A DNA stretch of 64,000 nt, from the NCBI RefSeq assembly GCF_006345805.1, contig NC_043009.1, positions 35,402,001 to 35,466,000 of the forward strand, written 5' to 3'. Shown here piece after piece: positions 49,960 to 62,265 of this stretch; the first letter of the stretch is position 1, and each line of letters begins with the position of its first letter. Origin of the DNA: Octopus sinensis. Its lineage: Eukaryota. Position numbers and translations under genes: made by a program. Below the pieces are notes generated by a model that was not told the origin of the DNA, ran no database searches, and saw only the letters and a program-made list of their open reading frames with translations.

Positions 49960-50850
49960 TCCAAAGGATGGTAAGCTCGGCGTCCTGCGCAGCTTGCGGT
50001 GGCTTGTATTCCCACCAATTGTTTTTCTGATGATGGTTGTATATGCGGTATATTGACCAGTGTATGTACTGAACTGCCCTGTCATGCTTTTACAAGTATT
50101 CTGTTCGTGCCTGTCTGCTACACTTAGAGATTATGTGGTCGATTATCTTTGGATTATCTCTGCAGTATGATAAACTGCTTTCATATTTCAGGACATTATT
50201 CTGGTAATTCCTAGTTGGTCCTAAGCAGCAACCATATAACCACCAGTTTCTGGTTTGAGACAGCCAGGGTTTTTGATTCTTCCCAGGTATTTGCCACGCT
50301 GTGTCCTTTGTTACCGTTTCTCATTAATATATTGTCTATTGGTTTACTTGGCTATGTCTTCCTTATTTTGTTGATTTTATTTTGCCTTGTCTCATGGGAT
50401 ACGTTTTCTTCGGGTACTGCTTCATCTAGTTGCATTTCCCGGAGATATATTTTCATGTTTTTCGTTACTGAGTAAAAGTTTTGGTATCTTCATGTTTCAG
50501 TACCAGCTTCAACATCCAGTCGTTTGCTTGTTGCCGGTAGACAGAAAGTCCTCTGGGTGCAATTTGCAGCAGAAGTTGAGATTGTATTAACCTCCGACTA
50601 CCTCCTTTTCACGGGAGGTATATTCGGTTTGTGTCTGCTTTTGAGTGTGCATACAATGCGTTGTCGTCAGCTTTTGTACCATGACATCAGGTTTGTTGAT
50701 TTCAGAGAGGGACAAGTAGTTTATTACGTTGAAGCTGTATGTGACTACAACCATAGCCAATGTATTTATGGTCTCCACTTTGTTTTTCATTTAGCTTGGT
50801 CTTTAGAATAATTCTTGCCTATTCGGTAGCATTCCTTTCTCATCTTTTCT
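49960..50850 (-). mobile_element. R4/Dong-like RLE LINE fragment
   Basis: NKVETINTLAMVVVTYSFNVIN..LSEI...HCMH..K...GGR; decayed CCHC/RHD region and WEY.P at 49990-50200. Confidence 0.82.
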
Positions 50851-50869
50851 CTCATGAATAACTTCAATA

Positions 50870-53030
50870 ATTATAGTAATACACAAGGTAGATCCGCGAG
50901 GGGTAAATGTACGCGGAATAAGTAACATCAATAAACACACCACCTATAAAGAAACTACCGGCAAATCGGAAGATAAGATCTGGTGTATTATCTCTTTTGC
51001 AATGCAAATAAGGACGAACTTAGTGAAGCAATTATAAATGTCGGAAATAGACAATTTGGTAAGAATAACAGTTATTCCAGTATTATAAATAGCAGGAAAA
51101 TTAGGATAGGTTACAGTCTTACACATAATTTAGGGAGCATAATATCCTCTCTGAATAATAATAAATTAGATATTTCCTACTCAAATAGAAACATGTACAG
51201 TAGGGTCGGCGGCATTAGTAGTAATAATAACAATAACCATTATCCCAGCCTTAGTACAGAACACTCTCAGAACCAAAATAACCACTTTAACCTCAATAGA
51301 CTTGATCCTAATCCTACTAGGAGGTCACCCCCACACACACCGCAGAATAACCTTTGTGACTGTAGAAACAGGAAAAACTGTGCATTCCGTAACATTTGTA
51401 GAATTAAGGACGCTATCTATCAATACACTCTCATCTCTAAGTCTAGCAAACGGGGTTATATCGGTGCAACCCAAAATGAAATAAAACGTAGACTGGCCGC
51501 GCACCAGCATTCTTTTAGAAACAGAAACTTAATCAATTTGACTGATTTAAATAGGTATATTTGGAACCTCAAAGATAGTAACACTAGTTTCACATTAAAT
51601 TGGGAGATCCTCGCTGCTGCACCTTCTTATAATCGAAAAATAGAAAATGTCACCTTTGCATAAATGATATTTAAAAAATTTTTATTGCACGTATTCCGTT
51701 GTAGAACCTGAGAGTTGAGCTTGGTATTGCTTGCCTGCATAAAGGTAGGTCTAATTTCGATAGACATAAATAACACTAGAAATACTCATACTACTCCATA
51801 ATTAGCACTTATAATCCCACAGCTTATAATTAGTACCCCCTGTTAGTTTAATGTACGTTATACATCTGACCCCTTTATTTTTCGTCTTGCTTAGAAGTAT
51901 AGTCTCATGTAGGCAGTCTAATAAACGCCCTCTACCCCTTTTCCTAAGTCTTATATGTTACCCCCCACCCTGATATATTTCCTACTTCTTATAATTATTA
52001 ACTTTAGATATTACCCCATATTAGTACATATAATTCCACAGCATACAAATAGGAGCCCCTATTAGTTTAATGGAGTTTTACATCTTACTCCATTTATATG
52101 TCACCTTGTTATGAATACCGAGACTGTCTTAGTTAGTCAAATATCTAACCCCTCCCCTTTTCTCTCTCCTAAGTTTCTATCTCTTAACTGTCTCATATAC
52201 CAATTAACATTTCCCCAACTTTACTAACACATAACCCCTTGTATTTTGCCTTTTATTTCTAACCACTAAACTGTTGGTCCCATTATATTTCCCTCTCGCA
52301 TGTTATACCGTTAAGATGCTGAAAGACAGAAGCAGCCCTTAAATTCTCCTCATTATTTTATCTCCCTCACTTTTTTCCATCCTTTCTTTTTTTTATTTAT
52401 TTATAAAAAAATCTTTTGTAACGGTTTTAACAGGTGATCTGTTTTAAACTGTTACGGACCAATGTAGAGACCGTTGCACTTAGAATTACCCAATTTTGGA
52501 CTAAGGGGGATTCTTGGTATTAATTTCCTGTGAGTAAATTTTTCTTTAGTAACCTACGTTAATTTGTTTACCTTTACTTAAGTTTTCTCCGTTAACACTG
52601 GTTTGACCTTTGATATTTATATTAGTATTTTCTTTACATTGAGCTTTTGATAACTTCTTTTTTTAATACCCTGACCGCCCTCCAGTTAATAATTTGTAGT
52701 TTTCCCTAGTCCTTTAATAGCTTACTCTCACATCTACGCTCTTTGAGCCCTGGTGGTAAATATGTGCACTTAATATATTGGGCTTCTAGACTTTTTGCTT
52801 CTAAGCCATGTTTTCTTTCCTTTTTCTTCTTCATTTGTTTATATTGTATGCTCGTTTTTCACTCTAATGAAGATATGTTGCCTTTATCCGAATGCTCTAT
52901 GAAGATGAAGAATTTTATTCTTGCATTTATGTATAGACTGCATTCTGGTATTTTGATCAGAAACAGCTGTTAGATTGGCTATGTCTTGCATTGTATCAAT
53001 AAATATGCTTTAAAATATAGCCCTATCGAT
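50870..53030 (+). mobile_element. 5'-truncated Penelope-like element with C-terminal GIY-YIG endonuclease and long 3' region/pLTR
   Basis: ORF 50983-51663; AT-rich 3' region; degenerate hammerhead tct-ATGAAGA...ca-GAAA-cagctg-TT-aga at about 52896-52974. Confidence 0.8.
50983..51663 (+). pseudogene. PLE ORF C-terminus: thumb/linker, CxCx5Cx5C motif and GIY-YIG endonuclease
   Basis: KIRIGYSLTHNLGSIISSLN (linker), CDCRNRKNCAFRNIC, AIY...GYIGAT...KRRLAAHQHSF...L.RYIWNLKD...WEIL..APSYN; a frameshift precedes KCHLCIND. Confidence 0.88.
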
Positions 53031-53524
53031 GCGCTGGTTAATTTATGTTTTTCTCCATTTTCTAATTATTTGTATTATAATTATTTGTATATATAATGTA
53101 AAAGAATGCAGTACTAAAAAAATAATAAATAAGCAGCCAAGAAGGGAATATTGCTTCCCACCAAAGTCCATCGGCGGAAAAATAACTAACACTACTACAG
53201 TTGCTGCAGCTACAACGACGAGCATCATCATCAGTAGCACTAACAGTTGTAGCATCAATAACAACACTATCAACATTGTACTCACCGCTGTCGACACCAG
53301 TATAATCAATCGTCTTGCTGGTTAAACCACAACAATATTATAAATGCTGTGGTGGTATAATATTCCTTATGTCGGAGACAGTCACAGAAATAAAACCAAC
53401 CTTCCATACTGCACACTACTATGGCACACGAAGGGCTGGCGGGTTTTCATACAGCAAGTAAAAAGTAAAAGTGGTAATATGGAACTATGGATGTCTGTAT
53501 TTCTTTGAAAAGGGAACAAGACAA

Positions 53525-53567
53525 AACAACAACAACAACAATAATAATAATAAAGATAATAATAATA

Positions 53568-53659
<92 letters not shown>

Positions 53660-53690
53660 TAATAATAAGAAGAAGAAGACGAAGAAGAAA
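53525..53690 (+). repeat. (AAC)(AAT)n(AAG) microsatellite
   Basis: Direct reading. Confidence 0.95.
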
Positions 53691-54061
53691 TAGCAAGAGA
53701 AGAAACATTTTAGTTTAGGAATATATATATACGAATATTATCAGGTAACTGTAGTATATATGTGTTTGAAATAAATATGTCTTTTAGCGGTGGCATAAAC
53801 ATATTTTTAATGCTTTCAAGAGGTCTTTTCTTTAGACTACATTTCCACCCCCCACACGCACATACACACAGATGTTACAGATGCTGATAATCCCTGAGGT
53901 GATCATCTAAGACGAGATGCATTTGAGGATTAAGGATATGACAACACTTGTTGAGTTTGGGAAGAGTGTAGGTTAGGGTTAAGGTAGCAGCAACCACCAC
54001 ATTCAATGAGCCGAAAATGTTTTCTGCTTCTATGCGTGAAAGTTTCTTCGATTTATCTCTC

Positions 54062-54274
54062 TTTACTCTTTTACTCTTTTACTTGTTTCAGTCATTTGAC
54101 TGCGGCCATGCTGGAGCACCGCCTTTAGTCGAGCAAATCGACCCCGGGACTTATTCTTTGTAAGCCCAGTACTTATTCTATCGGTCTCTTTTGCCGAACC
54201 GCTAAGTGACGGGGACGTAAACACACCAGCATCAGTTGTCAAGTAATGCTAGGGGGACAAACACAGACACACAA

Positions 54275-54337
<63 letters not shown>

Positions 54338-54501
54338 TACGACGGGCTTCTTTCAGTTTCCGTCTACCAAATCCACTCACAAGGCATTGGTCGGCCCGGA
54401 GCTATAGCAGAAGACACTTGCCCAACATGCCACGCAGTGGGACTGAACCCGGAACCATGTGGTTGGTTAGCAAGCTACTTACCACACAGCCACTCCTGCG
54501 C
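54062..54501 (-). mobile_element. tRNA-derived SINE family A, full length
   Basis: 5' gcgcaggagtggctgtgtggtaagtagc...ggttcagtccc...; internal CA/TA microsatellite; 3' ...gactgaaacaagtaaaagagtaaaagag. Confidence 0.93.
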
Positions 54502-54863
54502 TTATCTAAGTATTATAATTTCGTAGACTGAATATTTATAACCACCCTGTATTTGTATTTAGTTATCAATTCCTGCTGTTAGCCATGTAACATTATACAA
54601 ATTTGCTTTACGCAAATTAACTAGTTGGTTTACATTATTCATTAGAAGATATGTCTTGCCTAAGTACGGTGTACACAAACAAAGTAAAATTATTCTTGAT
54701 AAACCTTGAATTAAGACAAGGCTATTCTCATTAATCCTCACTTCTAGCAGGCAAAGATTATGTGGCTTATCTACAATATATATTTACACAACGATAGTAA
54801 ATATGTTTATTTAAATGTATCATATGAATAGACACACAAGCACAGCCATATGTATACGCGCGC

Positions 54864-54918
<55 letters not shown>

Positions 54919-55402
54919 TGTGTGGTGTGTGTGCATGCATTCGTCTATGTGTGTATGTATATGTCCTTATACTACCAACTAACTTATGAAATGATGCATT
55001 TCATAGGAATTCGACAGTCTTTCAAGAAGAAACAACCAAGATATCTGTCGTTACAATCTTGAATTCACGTTAAAATCCAATCCATCACAAGGTTATTGCA
55101 CGTCATTGATAATCACAATGAATTCACGCAATAAATTTTCTACTCCTTCACAGATTAACGTGTTTTTTACGGACGATATCTTTTAGCACATAGTATTTCT
55201 AAGCATCTACTGTTAACTACACAGGATGTATTTTTATTATGAAAAGGCGATACAAAATATAAAAGCTGCATATAAGGAGTGTATTGTGAACTTGAATTGT
55301 TGATTACCGTATATTATACATAGTTGCTACTATATAACAGGTGTGTGTGTGTGTGGATGCGTGCGTGTATGTGAAAGAGTGTGCGCGCGTATACACATTC
55401 GA

Positions 55403-55435
<33 letters not shown>

Positions 55436-56210
55436 CATGCATACATACATACATTCATAAATACATACATACACACACACACAACACACACACATATATA
55501 TATGTGTGTGTGTGTGTATATGTATGTATGTATATATGTATTATATATATGCATATATACACACACACATATACATTCAATTGTCACTCGTTGTAACTGA
55601 CGGTGCAGAGAAGCATGTACGTTGCTAGAAATAAGCAATAGAATCTATTAGAGGCGCAAAGTGGCACCTGGCTATGCATTGACGAGAGGATAACCTCCTC
55701 ACAGCGAGCGAAATCACCATACTAGTCTAGTTCCGCTTAAAATCAAGCTCTTACTATAAATCTTATATTTGACACCTTTTTTCTTTTAATTTGGTTGTTT
55801 TCCTTTTATCCCAGTGTCTGAAGATTAAGGTGTGATTGTTGAACATGGCTTTAAAATGTCCCTCTGTGAGACTCACATATTTCTTTGAGGAAACTATGTC
55901 CTTAGTTGTTCTAGAATCTACAACAACTAAGGACATATAAATACGTAGGTCTCACCATACCTATTGGAGTAATTTCCCTTTCTTTAATGTTTTTTTTCTT
56001 CATAGCGTTTTGTCTTAATAACTGATGAGATGGCGGAGCAGATTTCATCCCAGGTATCCGAAACTTTGAGTTTTCTGATGACAACCAAATAATTTTCACA
56101 TATTATATTCATAGATAAATTCCTATATTTTACATATTGAATTCTCATTCATTCTTTTTTTGTAATATTATATATATATACACACATACATACATAATAT
56201 ATATGCATAC

Positions 56211-56253
<43 letters not shown>

Positions 56254-56849
56254 ATAATAAGGTAGTAAGACTGTTGGATGATAATATATATTTTTATTCA
56301 CATTTTCAGCGCTTTCTTTTGTTAGCGGATTTATCAAATAAGTGGTTTATAATAAGTTTCCTTTGCATTTTTTATGAAGTTGAAAGTTATGAGGTTTTAG
56401 AAAGAGAGACAGACAGACAGACAGACATAAATAGAAAGGGAGAGAGAGGGAGAAGGAGGGGAAAGAGAGGAACAAATTAGAAAGAAAGATCCAGGAGTGA
56501 GAGGGGAAGAGAGAATGGGAGATAGTGAAGATAGAGAAAAGAAAGTAGGAGTGTTTTGGTAGTTTTCAAAGGAAGAGAAAAGAATGAAGGAAAAGTTTGA
56601 TAGGTGGGGGTGGGGCGTTTGTATCAGTGTGGTCAAACCTGCTTGATTCAGTGTTTTTGTTTTCTTTTTTAGTTACTTTTTGGGTGGGAAGGAAAGGAAT
56701 TTTTTTTTATTCAAGTGGTCAATGTTTTTAACTGGAAGGCCAGATGTTTTTTATATTTTCTTCAGTAAGAGTTACAATTACATTTCAAGGTCTTGCATTT
56801 TTATATTTATTTGTATTCATTAATGTTAGGGAGAGAGAATGGTTGTATG

Positions 56850-57575
56850 GATGTAGTCATATTTTTTTTATTAAAATTCCCGATGCTGTTTCTTATTTAG
56901 CTTTGTATGATTATGTTTTTGAAAGAGTGATTTTAAAATTTAGAATAGGCATGAAGCTAAGTAAATCTGAAAACCGTCCATGTGTGGGGAAGTGTTTACT
57001 ATTTCGTAGGTGGCTTTTATCTATCAGGTTTCTCATTTGGGGGCTCTGTAAGAGTGTTGGTAGGTTTGATTGTATAACATGGAAAATATTGGTTATTCTA
57101 GGGTTGTATGTATTAATAAATGGAGTAGTATGTTCCTTGTTTTTGTTTTCGTTTGGCGTCCTTAGTTGTGTGATATATAATTTCATTGCTTTCGAGGTTC
57201 CATTATTATTAGTTTCACTGGGTAATTTTGTTCTTGTAGGACGTTTTTGAATTCATCATGTCTAATTTGGCGCATTTGTGGGTCAATTACTATGATACAG
57301 ATGCATCTTGCCATACTGAAGTTCCTTTTGATGTGTGAGGGGTGGCAAGACAAGAAATTCAAATATTGGAGTGTGTCCGTTTACTTGTAAAATATGTCTG
57401 CTTTAACAGTGGAGTTGTGTATTTTGATGTGAATATTTAGGAATGGTAGTTCATTGTAGCTTGCTTCTGTTGTGAATTTGATAGCTGGGTGCTGTGTGTT
57501 CAGGATGTAGCGAAATGTTCGTAGTTCTTCTTTTGATCCATCCCAAAAAATGAAACAGTCATCAAGGTAGCGCCT
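56850..57575 (-). pseudogene. PLE reverse transcriptase C-terminal half and thumb
   Basis: RYLDDCFIFWDGS (57558-57572), LNTQHPAIKFT.E...ELPFL, YK*TDTLQYLNFLSCHPSHIKRN, QNYP, PFINTYNPR..NIFHVI..NLPTL. Confidence 0.92.
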
Positions 57576-57604
57576 CTACTATAAAATAGCAAGACCTTGA
57601 AATA

Positions 57605-57785
57605 GAGAGTGAGTTGGAGGAAAGAAAATAGATGTAAGTTATGTAGGGATATTGAAGTTGTAGATCCATTTTTTACGCAGAATGGTATATATTTAAGATT
57701 CATAATATCTTCATAAGATATTGTAATACCTTCACAATACCTTCATAAGGTATTGGAATATTACATGTATACCATTCTGCCTGGA
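57605..57785. mobile_element. Fragment of the 58937-59481 fold-back family inserted into the inverted pLTR
   Basis: About 100 bp at about 90% identity to the 59-kb arms, followed by hairpin caatacctt-cat-aaggtattg (57735-57755) and about 30 bp of the opposite arm. Confidence 0.8.
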
Positions 57786-58382
57786 TTTTACTGGAGAAAA
57801 TCAAAACAACATCTGGCATTCCAATTAAAAACCTTGACCACTTGAATACAAAAATATCCTTTCCTCCCCACCCAAAATGCCACTAAAAAAAATATAAAAA
57901 ATACCATATTGAACAAGCAAGTTTAACCACAATGATGCAAAAGCTACATCTTCCCCTTCATCTTAAACTTTTTCTTTCTTTTCCCTTCCTCTGCGAACCA
58001 ACAAAACACTCCTACTTTCTTTTCTCTATCTTCACTATATTCCATTCTCTCCACCTGCCTCACACCTGGACCTTCCTTTCTAATTTGCTTTTTCTTCCCT
58101 CCCTTCCCACTCTACCTCTCTTTCTCTCTTTCTCTCTCTCTCTCTCCTTTTATCTAAAACAACCTCACTTTTAATTTTATATAAAAAGGCCGAGCAAATA
58201 TATTATAAAACACTTTTTTATAATTCCGATAACGGAAGAAAGAACTAAAAACGCAAATAAAAACATATATATTCATCCAACATTCTTACCGAGATATTAT
58301 TCTCAATATACAATATCTGTACATCAGTTCAAAACTCTCTCTCTTTCTTTCTCTCTCTCTCTCTCTCTCTCTATACATATAT

Positions 58383-58419
<37 letters not shown>

Positions 58420-58752
58420 ATATATATATATATATAATATATATATATATATATTATATATATATATATATATATATCATTATTAATATTAGGAAATCAA
58501 TATCACAAAATACCTCAGAAAGATATACACGTTTGAAAATAAATGTTGTATGAAAAATATATAAATAATAAATATAAATTTCTATAAAAAAATATATAAA
58601 TATGTATAAGTATAAATATATAATGTATATGACAGTTTAAAACTTTTGAAATAAGTATATAAATATACTTTACTAGTATTAATACTTTGATACAATTGAG
58701 CAGTCAATATAAATTCAGTATATATTATTCTCAATGAATATATTTAACTAAA

Positions 58753-58789
<37 letters not shown>

Positions 58790-59005
58790 AGGTTTTAAGA
58801 GGTAATGGTGTCATTGAGACCCAAATTTGTCAGGTAATACTGAATAAGTGCTATAGACAGATCATAGTTAAGTTCTAGGTTCGGTAATTTTGCGAATAAG
58901 GGGTTCAACGTTGGTCATATGTCAGCGTATGTAAACAAGAATTTTTTGCGTAATGAGATAAAAAAACCAAGGCTGTGTAGATATTAGAACATTTATGGAT
59001 AGAAG

Positions 59006-59057
59006 GTCTTACAGCTGTTTCCAGGATATTTGTTGATTATATCCCTTCATCGGAGAT
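59006..59057 (-). ncRNA. Hammerhead-like motif, CCGAUGA core variant
   Basis: tct-CCGATGA-a-gggatat[aatcaacaa]atatcct-g-GAAA-cagctg-TA-aga. Confidence 0.65.
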
Positions 59058-59362
59058 GTTGTGAGAGGATGGTTAAGTAATAATTAATTTAGATAGGATA
59101 CAAAATAGAGAGTGAGGTAGAGGAAAGAAAATAGATGTAAGATATGTAAGATTATTGAAGTTGTAGATCCATTTTTTAAGCAAAATGGTTTATCTGTAAG
59201 ATTCCAAGGTATTATGAATCTTACATATATACCATTCTGCATTAAAAATGGATCTACAAATTCAATATTCCTACATAAATTTCATCTATTTTCTTTCCTC
59301 CAACTCACTTTCTATTTTGTATCCTATATAAACTAATTATTACTTAACCATCCTCTCACAAC

Positions 59363-59414
59363 GTCTCCGATGAAGGGATATAATTAATAAATACCCCGGA
59401 AACAGCTGTAAGAC
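59363..59414 (+). ncRNA. Hammerhead-like motif, CCGAUGA core variant
   Basis: gtct-CCGATGA-a-gggata...atacccc-g-GAAA-cagctg-TA-agac. Stem I 4 bp; palindromic stem III ACAGCTGT. Confidence 0.65.
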
Positions 59415-59523
59415 CTTCTATCTATGAATGTTCTAATATCTACACAGCGTTGGTTTTTTATCTCTTACGCAAAAACTTCTTATATATATGTGTGTGTGTC
59501 TGTGTGTAATATGTAGCTATATA

Positions 59524-59584
<61 letters not shown>

Positions 59585-60268
59585 CACATACACAAACAAA
59601 TATGTGTATGTGATCGCGTGTGTGTATACTCTAAATCATATGGAATTCAATATTCAAAAAGCGGGTATTATCCAATATCTTTAACATGGCATTTTTCTAG
59701 ATTTATGAGCACATCTCTTCCCCGTCACTGAAAACAATGTAATGTTTTTTTTTTCTTTTATAAACTCCCGTACCAATAAAAATGTTCGTTTCTATAGAAA
59801 GGGAAAAAGCACTTATATTTAAATACATAAACAAGAAAGAACCATTTTCCCAGAGTTTTTCTAATAAAATCAGCCACAGAAATCTCGACAGAATTTGAAT
59901 TTCCTTGGAAAAATTATCCATAACTTTGTACGTAGCACTTTTGTGCTTGCTGCCTTTCAAATGAAATAATATTGGTTTTAATATCTACTTTCGAAACTAT
60001 ATTGAAAGCACTCAATACTTTTTGAATGTGTTGAAAGTTCACATCTGTTTTAAAAACCACATTTACTTAATATTTCAATGCAAAAGTCTAAGGGTCTGCT
60101 GCTAGAATGAAGTAAATTGAACTGTATTGTCACACGATGTTAAGATAACTTATCTCCCAAACCATTGCATGGCAACTTCGACATACGTCTTTAATTCTAT
60201 CCTAGGTCAACCAAACGCCTTATAAACGAATTTGGTTGATGCACCTTCTTCAGAAATTAGTTATATAT

Positions 60269-60307
<39 letters not shown>

Positions 60308-60629
60308 CGTGTGTGTGCGTGTGTGAGTGTGTGTGAGTGTGTGTATGTGTGTGTGAGTGAATGCGTGTGTGTGTATGTGTGCGAGCCTATGTATGTGTAT
60401 ATGTGTGTACGTGTGCATGTGAATGTGTGTGTGTTTTTGTGTGTATGTATGTGTGTGTGCGTATGTGTGTGTGCGTTGGTCGTTTCCTGCTTCGCAACCG
60501 ACTTTACTTTGTTTACATCTTATAACTTACGAGGTTCAGTGAAAAAGTGACCATGAGGATAAATACTCGGACTCCATTATGATGCAGATCAGAAACTTGT
60601 AAAATATAAATATCTTTTGTAAACGTGAA

Positions 60630-60966
60630 GGCGCATGGCTCAGTGGTTAGAGCGTCGAGCTTACGATCGTGAGGTTGTGAGCTCGAATCCCGGACCGGGC
60701 TGCGTTTTGTGTTCTTGAGCAAAGCACTTTATTTCACGTTGCTCCAGTTCACTCAGCTGTAGAAATGAGTTGCGACGTTACTGGTGCCAAGCTGTATCGA
60801 CCTTTGTCTTTCCCTTGAATAACACTAGTGGCGTGGAGAGGGGAGGCTGGTATGCATGGGCGACTGCTGGTCTTCCATAAACAACCTTGCCCGGACTTGT
60901 GTCTAGGAGGGTAACTTTCTAGGTGCAATCCCATGGTCATTCATGACCGAAGGGGGTCTTTACCCT
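60630..60966 (+). mobile_element. tRNA-derived SINE family C
   Basis: A box tggctcagtgg, B-box-like gctcgaatccc, central ttcttgagcaaagcacttt...gctccagttcactcagctg; related diverged copy at 63645-63830. Confidence 0.85.
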
Positions 60967-62147
60967 TACTGATAATTACTCTCCTCCTCAAAAGAAAAAT
61001 GGTCTATTTTATTCCTGGTAACAATAGCCATTATCTGTCAGAACTTCATTTTTTTCTTCTAAGCAACATTTGCCACACTACCTGACATCCATTTAATAAG
61101 CCTTTAAATGTTCGTCTGGCCTACTAACAATTATCAACGAAATATAACTTGATTAACAACCTAATTTCTTAAAACTCCAAAACTCTTAACATGATATAGT
61201 CCTAAATAGGTCTAAATGGTGGGTTGGTCACTGCCGGAATAACTTTGATCACAGAACTAGTGGATCACAAATGACCTGGGTCTAAACAGCAAATATTTCA
61301 CTTCCTGGTTTCGTATTTTCAACTAAGACCTCAATATCAAGCTATACTTTCGCAAAGATATTTTTCATTCAGTGCTAATAACTCGGTGACATGATCAAGT
61401 TATCGATAGCTCGACGCATGCCTACCAATAAGATCAATTTCAATAATTATTACTCACTTTCTTTGGAGCTGACAAACAAGATAAGAAGATTTGAAATTAT
61501 TCATTTTTCACCAATATCCCAATCTATACAACAGTACGGTAAATCTTTTCTTAATCTGCCTCACGGTCACTGCCATGGAAACAATCTGTACAACTCTTCT
61601 TCTTTGACTTGTCCTAGATTATCTACAGATATAAAATGCAATTGTTTGAGCTTTCGTCGATCCTACACAACCAGCTACATCGATAAGTCTGATAAATATG
61701 TCTTTGTGCTTCATCTGACAACAATTGTAACCTAAGTAAGCAGATACTGAAGGTAGAAAGATTTACTTTTCATGTCTGTATTATTGCTATGATACACTCA
61801 TAGACAATATTCTCCTTTGTTCAGTTTCACTTTATTCATGAACTTTATAATCAGATCAGTCATTTCATCTAGATCTGATTAAAAGCTCCATTTTTGGAGA
61901 CAGCAGACTATTGTCGCTTATTGTTATCTTCTATCGCTAATAATAAGATAGATGGAGAACAAAAACTACCGAACAAAGCGACCAGATCCAAACGACGAAT
62001 GGCTAGAGAACAAAAAACGAACCAATTGATAAATTAATTATCATGCAATTTATCCTATAGCAATGAACTGAGATTTATTCCAAATGAACATTTGTGATGT
62101 GGTGCATGACTTCCTCTTTATCCATGCTCTACATACATACATACATA

Positions 62148-62265
62148 CATACATACATACATACATACATACATAAATACATCCATCCATCCATCCATCC
62201 ATCCATACATACATACATACATACATACATACATACATACATACATACATACATACATACATAGT
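62148..62265 (+). repeat. (TACA)n/(TCCA)n microsatellite
   Basis: Direct reading. Confidence 0.95.

Larger units (their letters stand above)
56250..58300 (-). mobile_element. Penelope-like element (Neptune-like), 5'-truncated in RT, with an inverted pLTR copy at the truncation point
   Basis: RT ORF on minus to about 57575; 3' region 56250-56800 (minus) recurs inverted at 57577-58300 (plus), about 70-80% identical (aacatctggcMttccaRttaaaaacMttgaccacttgaata; caaaacactcctactttcttttctctatcttcactat). Confidence 0.85.
58937..59481. mobile_element. 545-bp non-coding palindrome (268-bp and 266-bp arms, 11-nt spacer), PLE pLTR-derived
   Basis: Arms 58937-59204 and 59216-59481 are roughly 85-90% identical; each carries a hammerhead-like motif. 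Confidence 0.9.

Noticed and set aside
53965-53985. TTAGGG-like motif (ggttagggttaagg)
   Set aside because: Fewer than two perfect units; not an interstitial telomeric array.
54543-54551. caccctgta as the second TIR of the 49575 mariner-like fragment
   Set aside because: Sequence inside the terminal 7 bp does not match the left end.
55675-55725. TTGACGA-gagg-ataa-cctc…GAAA
   Set aside because: Stems I and III are not formed and extra sequence precedes GAAA.
56022-56075. CTGATGA…GAAAC motif
   Set aside because: No UH cleavage site or pairing stem III or stem I could be built.
60630-60700. tRNA-like cloverleaf start with A and B boxes
   Set aside because: It continues into a SINE body with no acceptor-stem 3' strand, so it is a SINE head rather than a tRNA gene. 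The same applies to SINE A and B heads.
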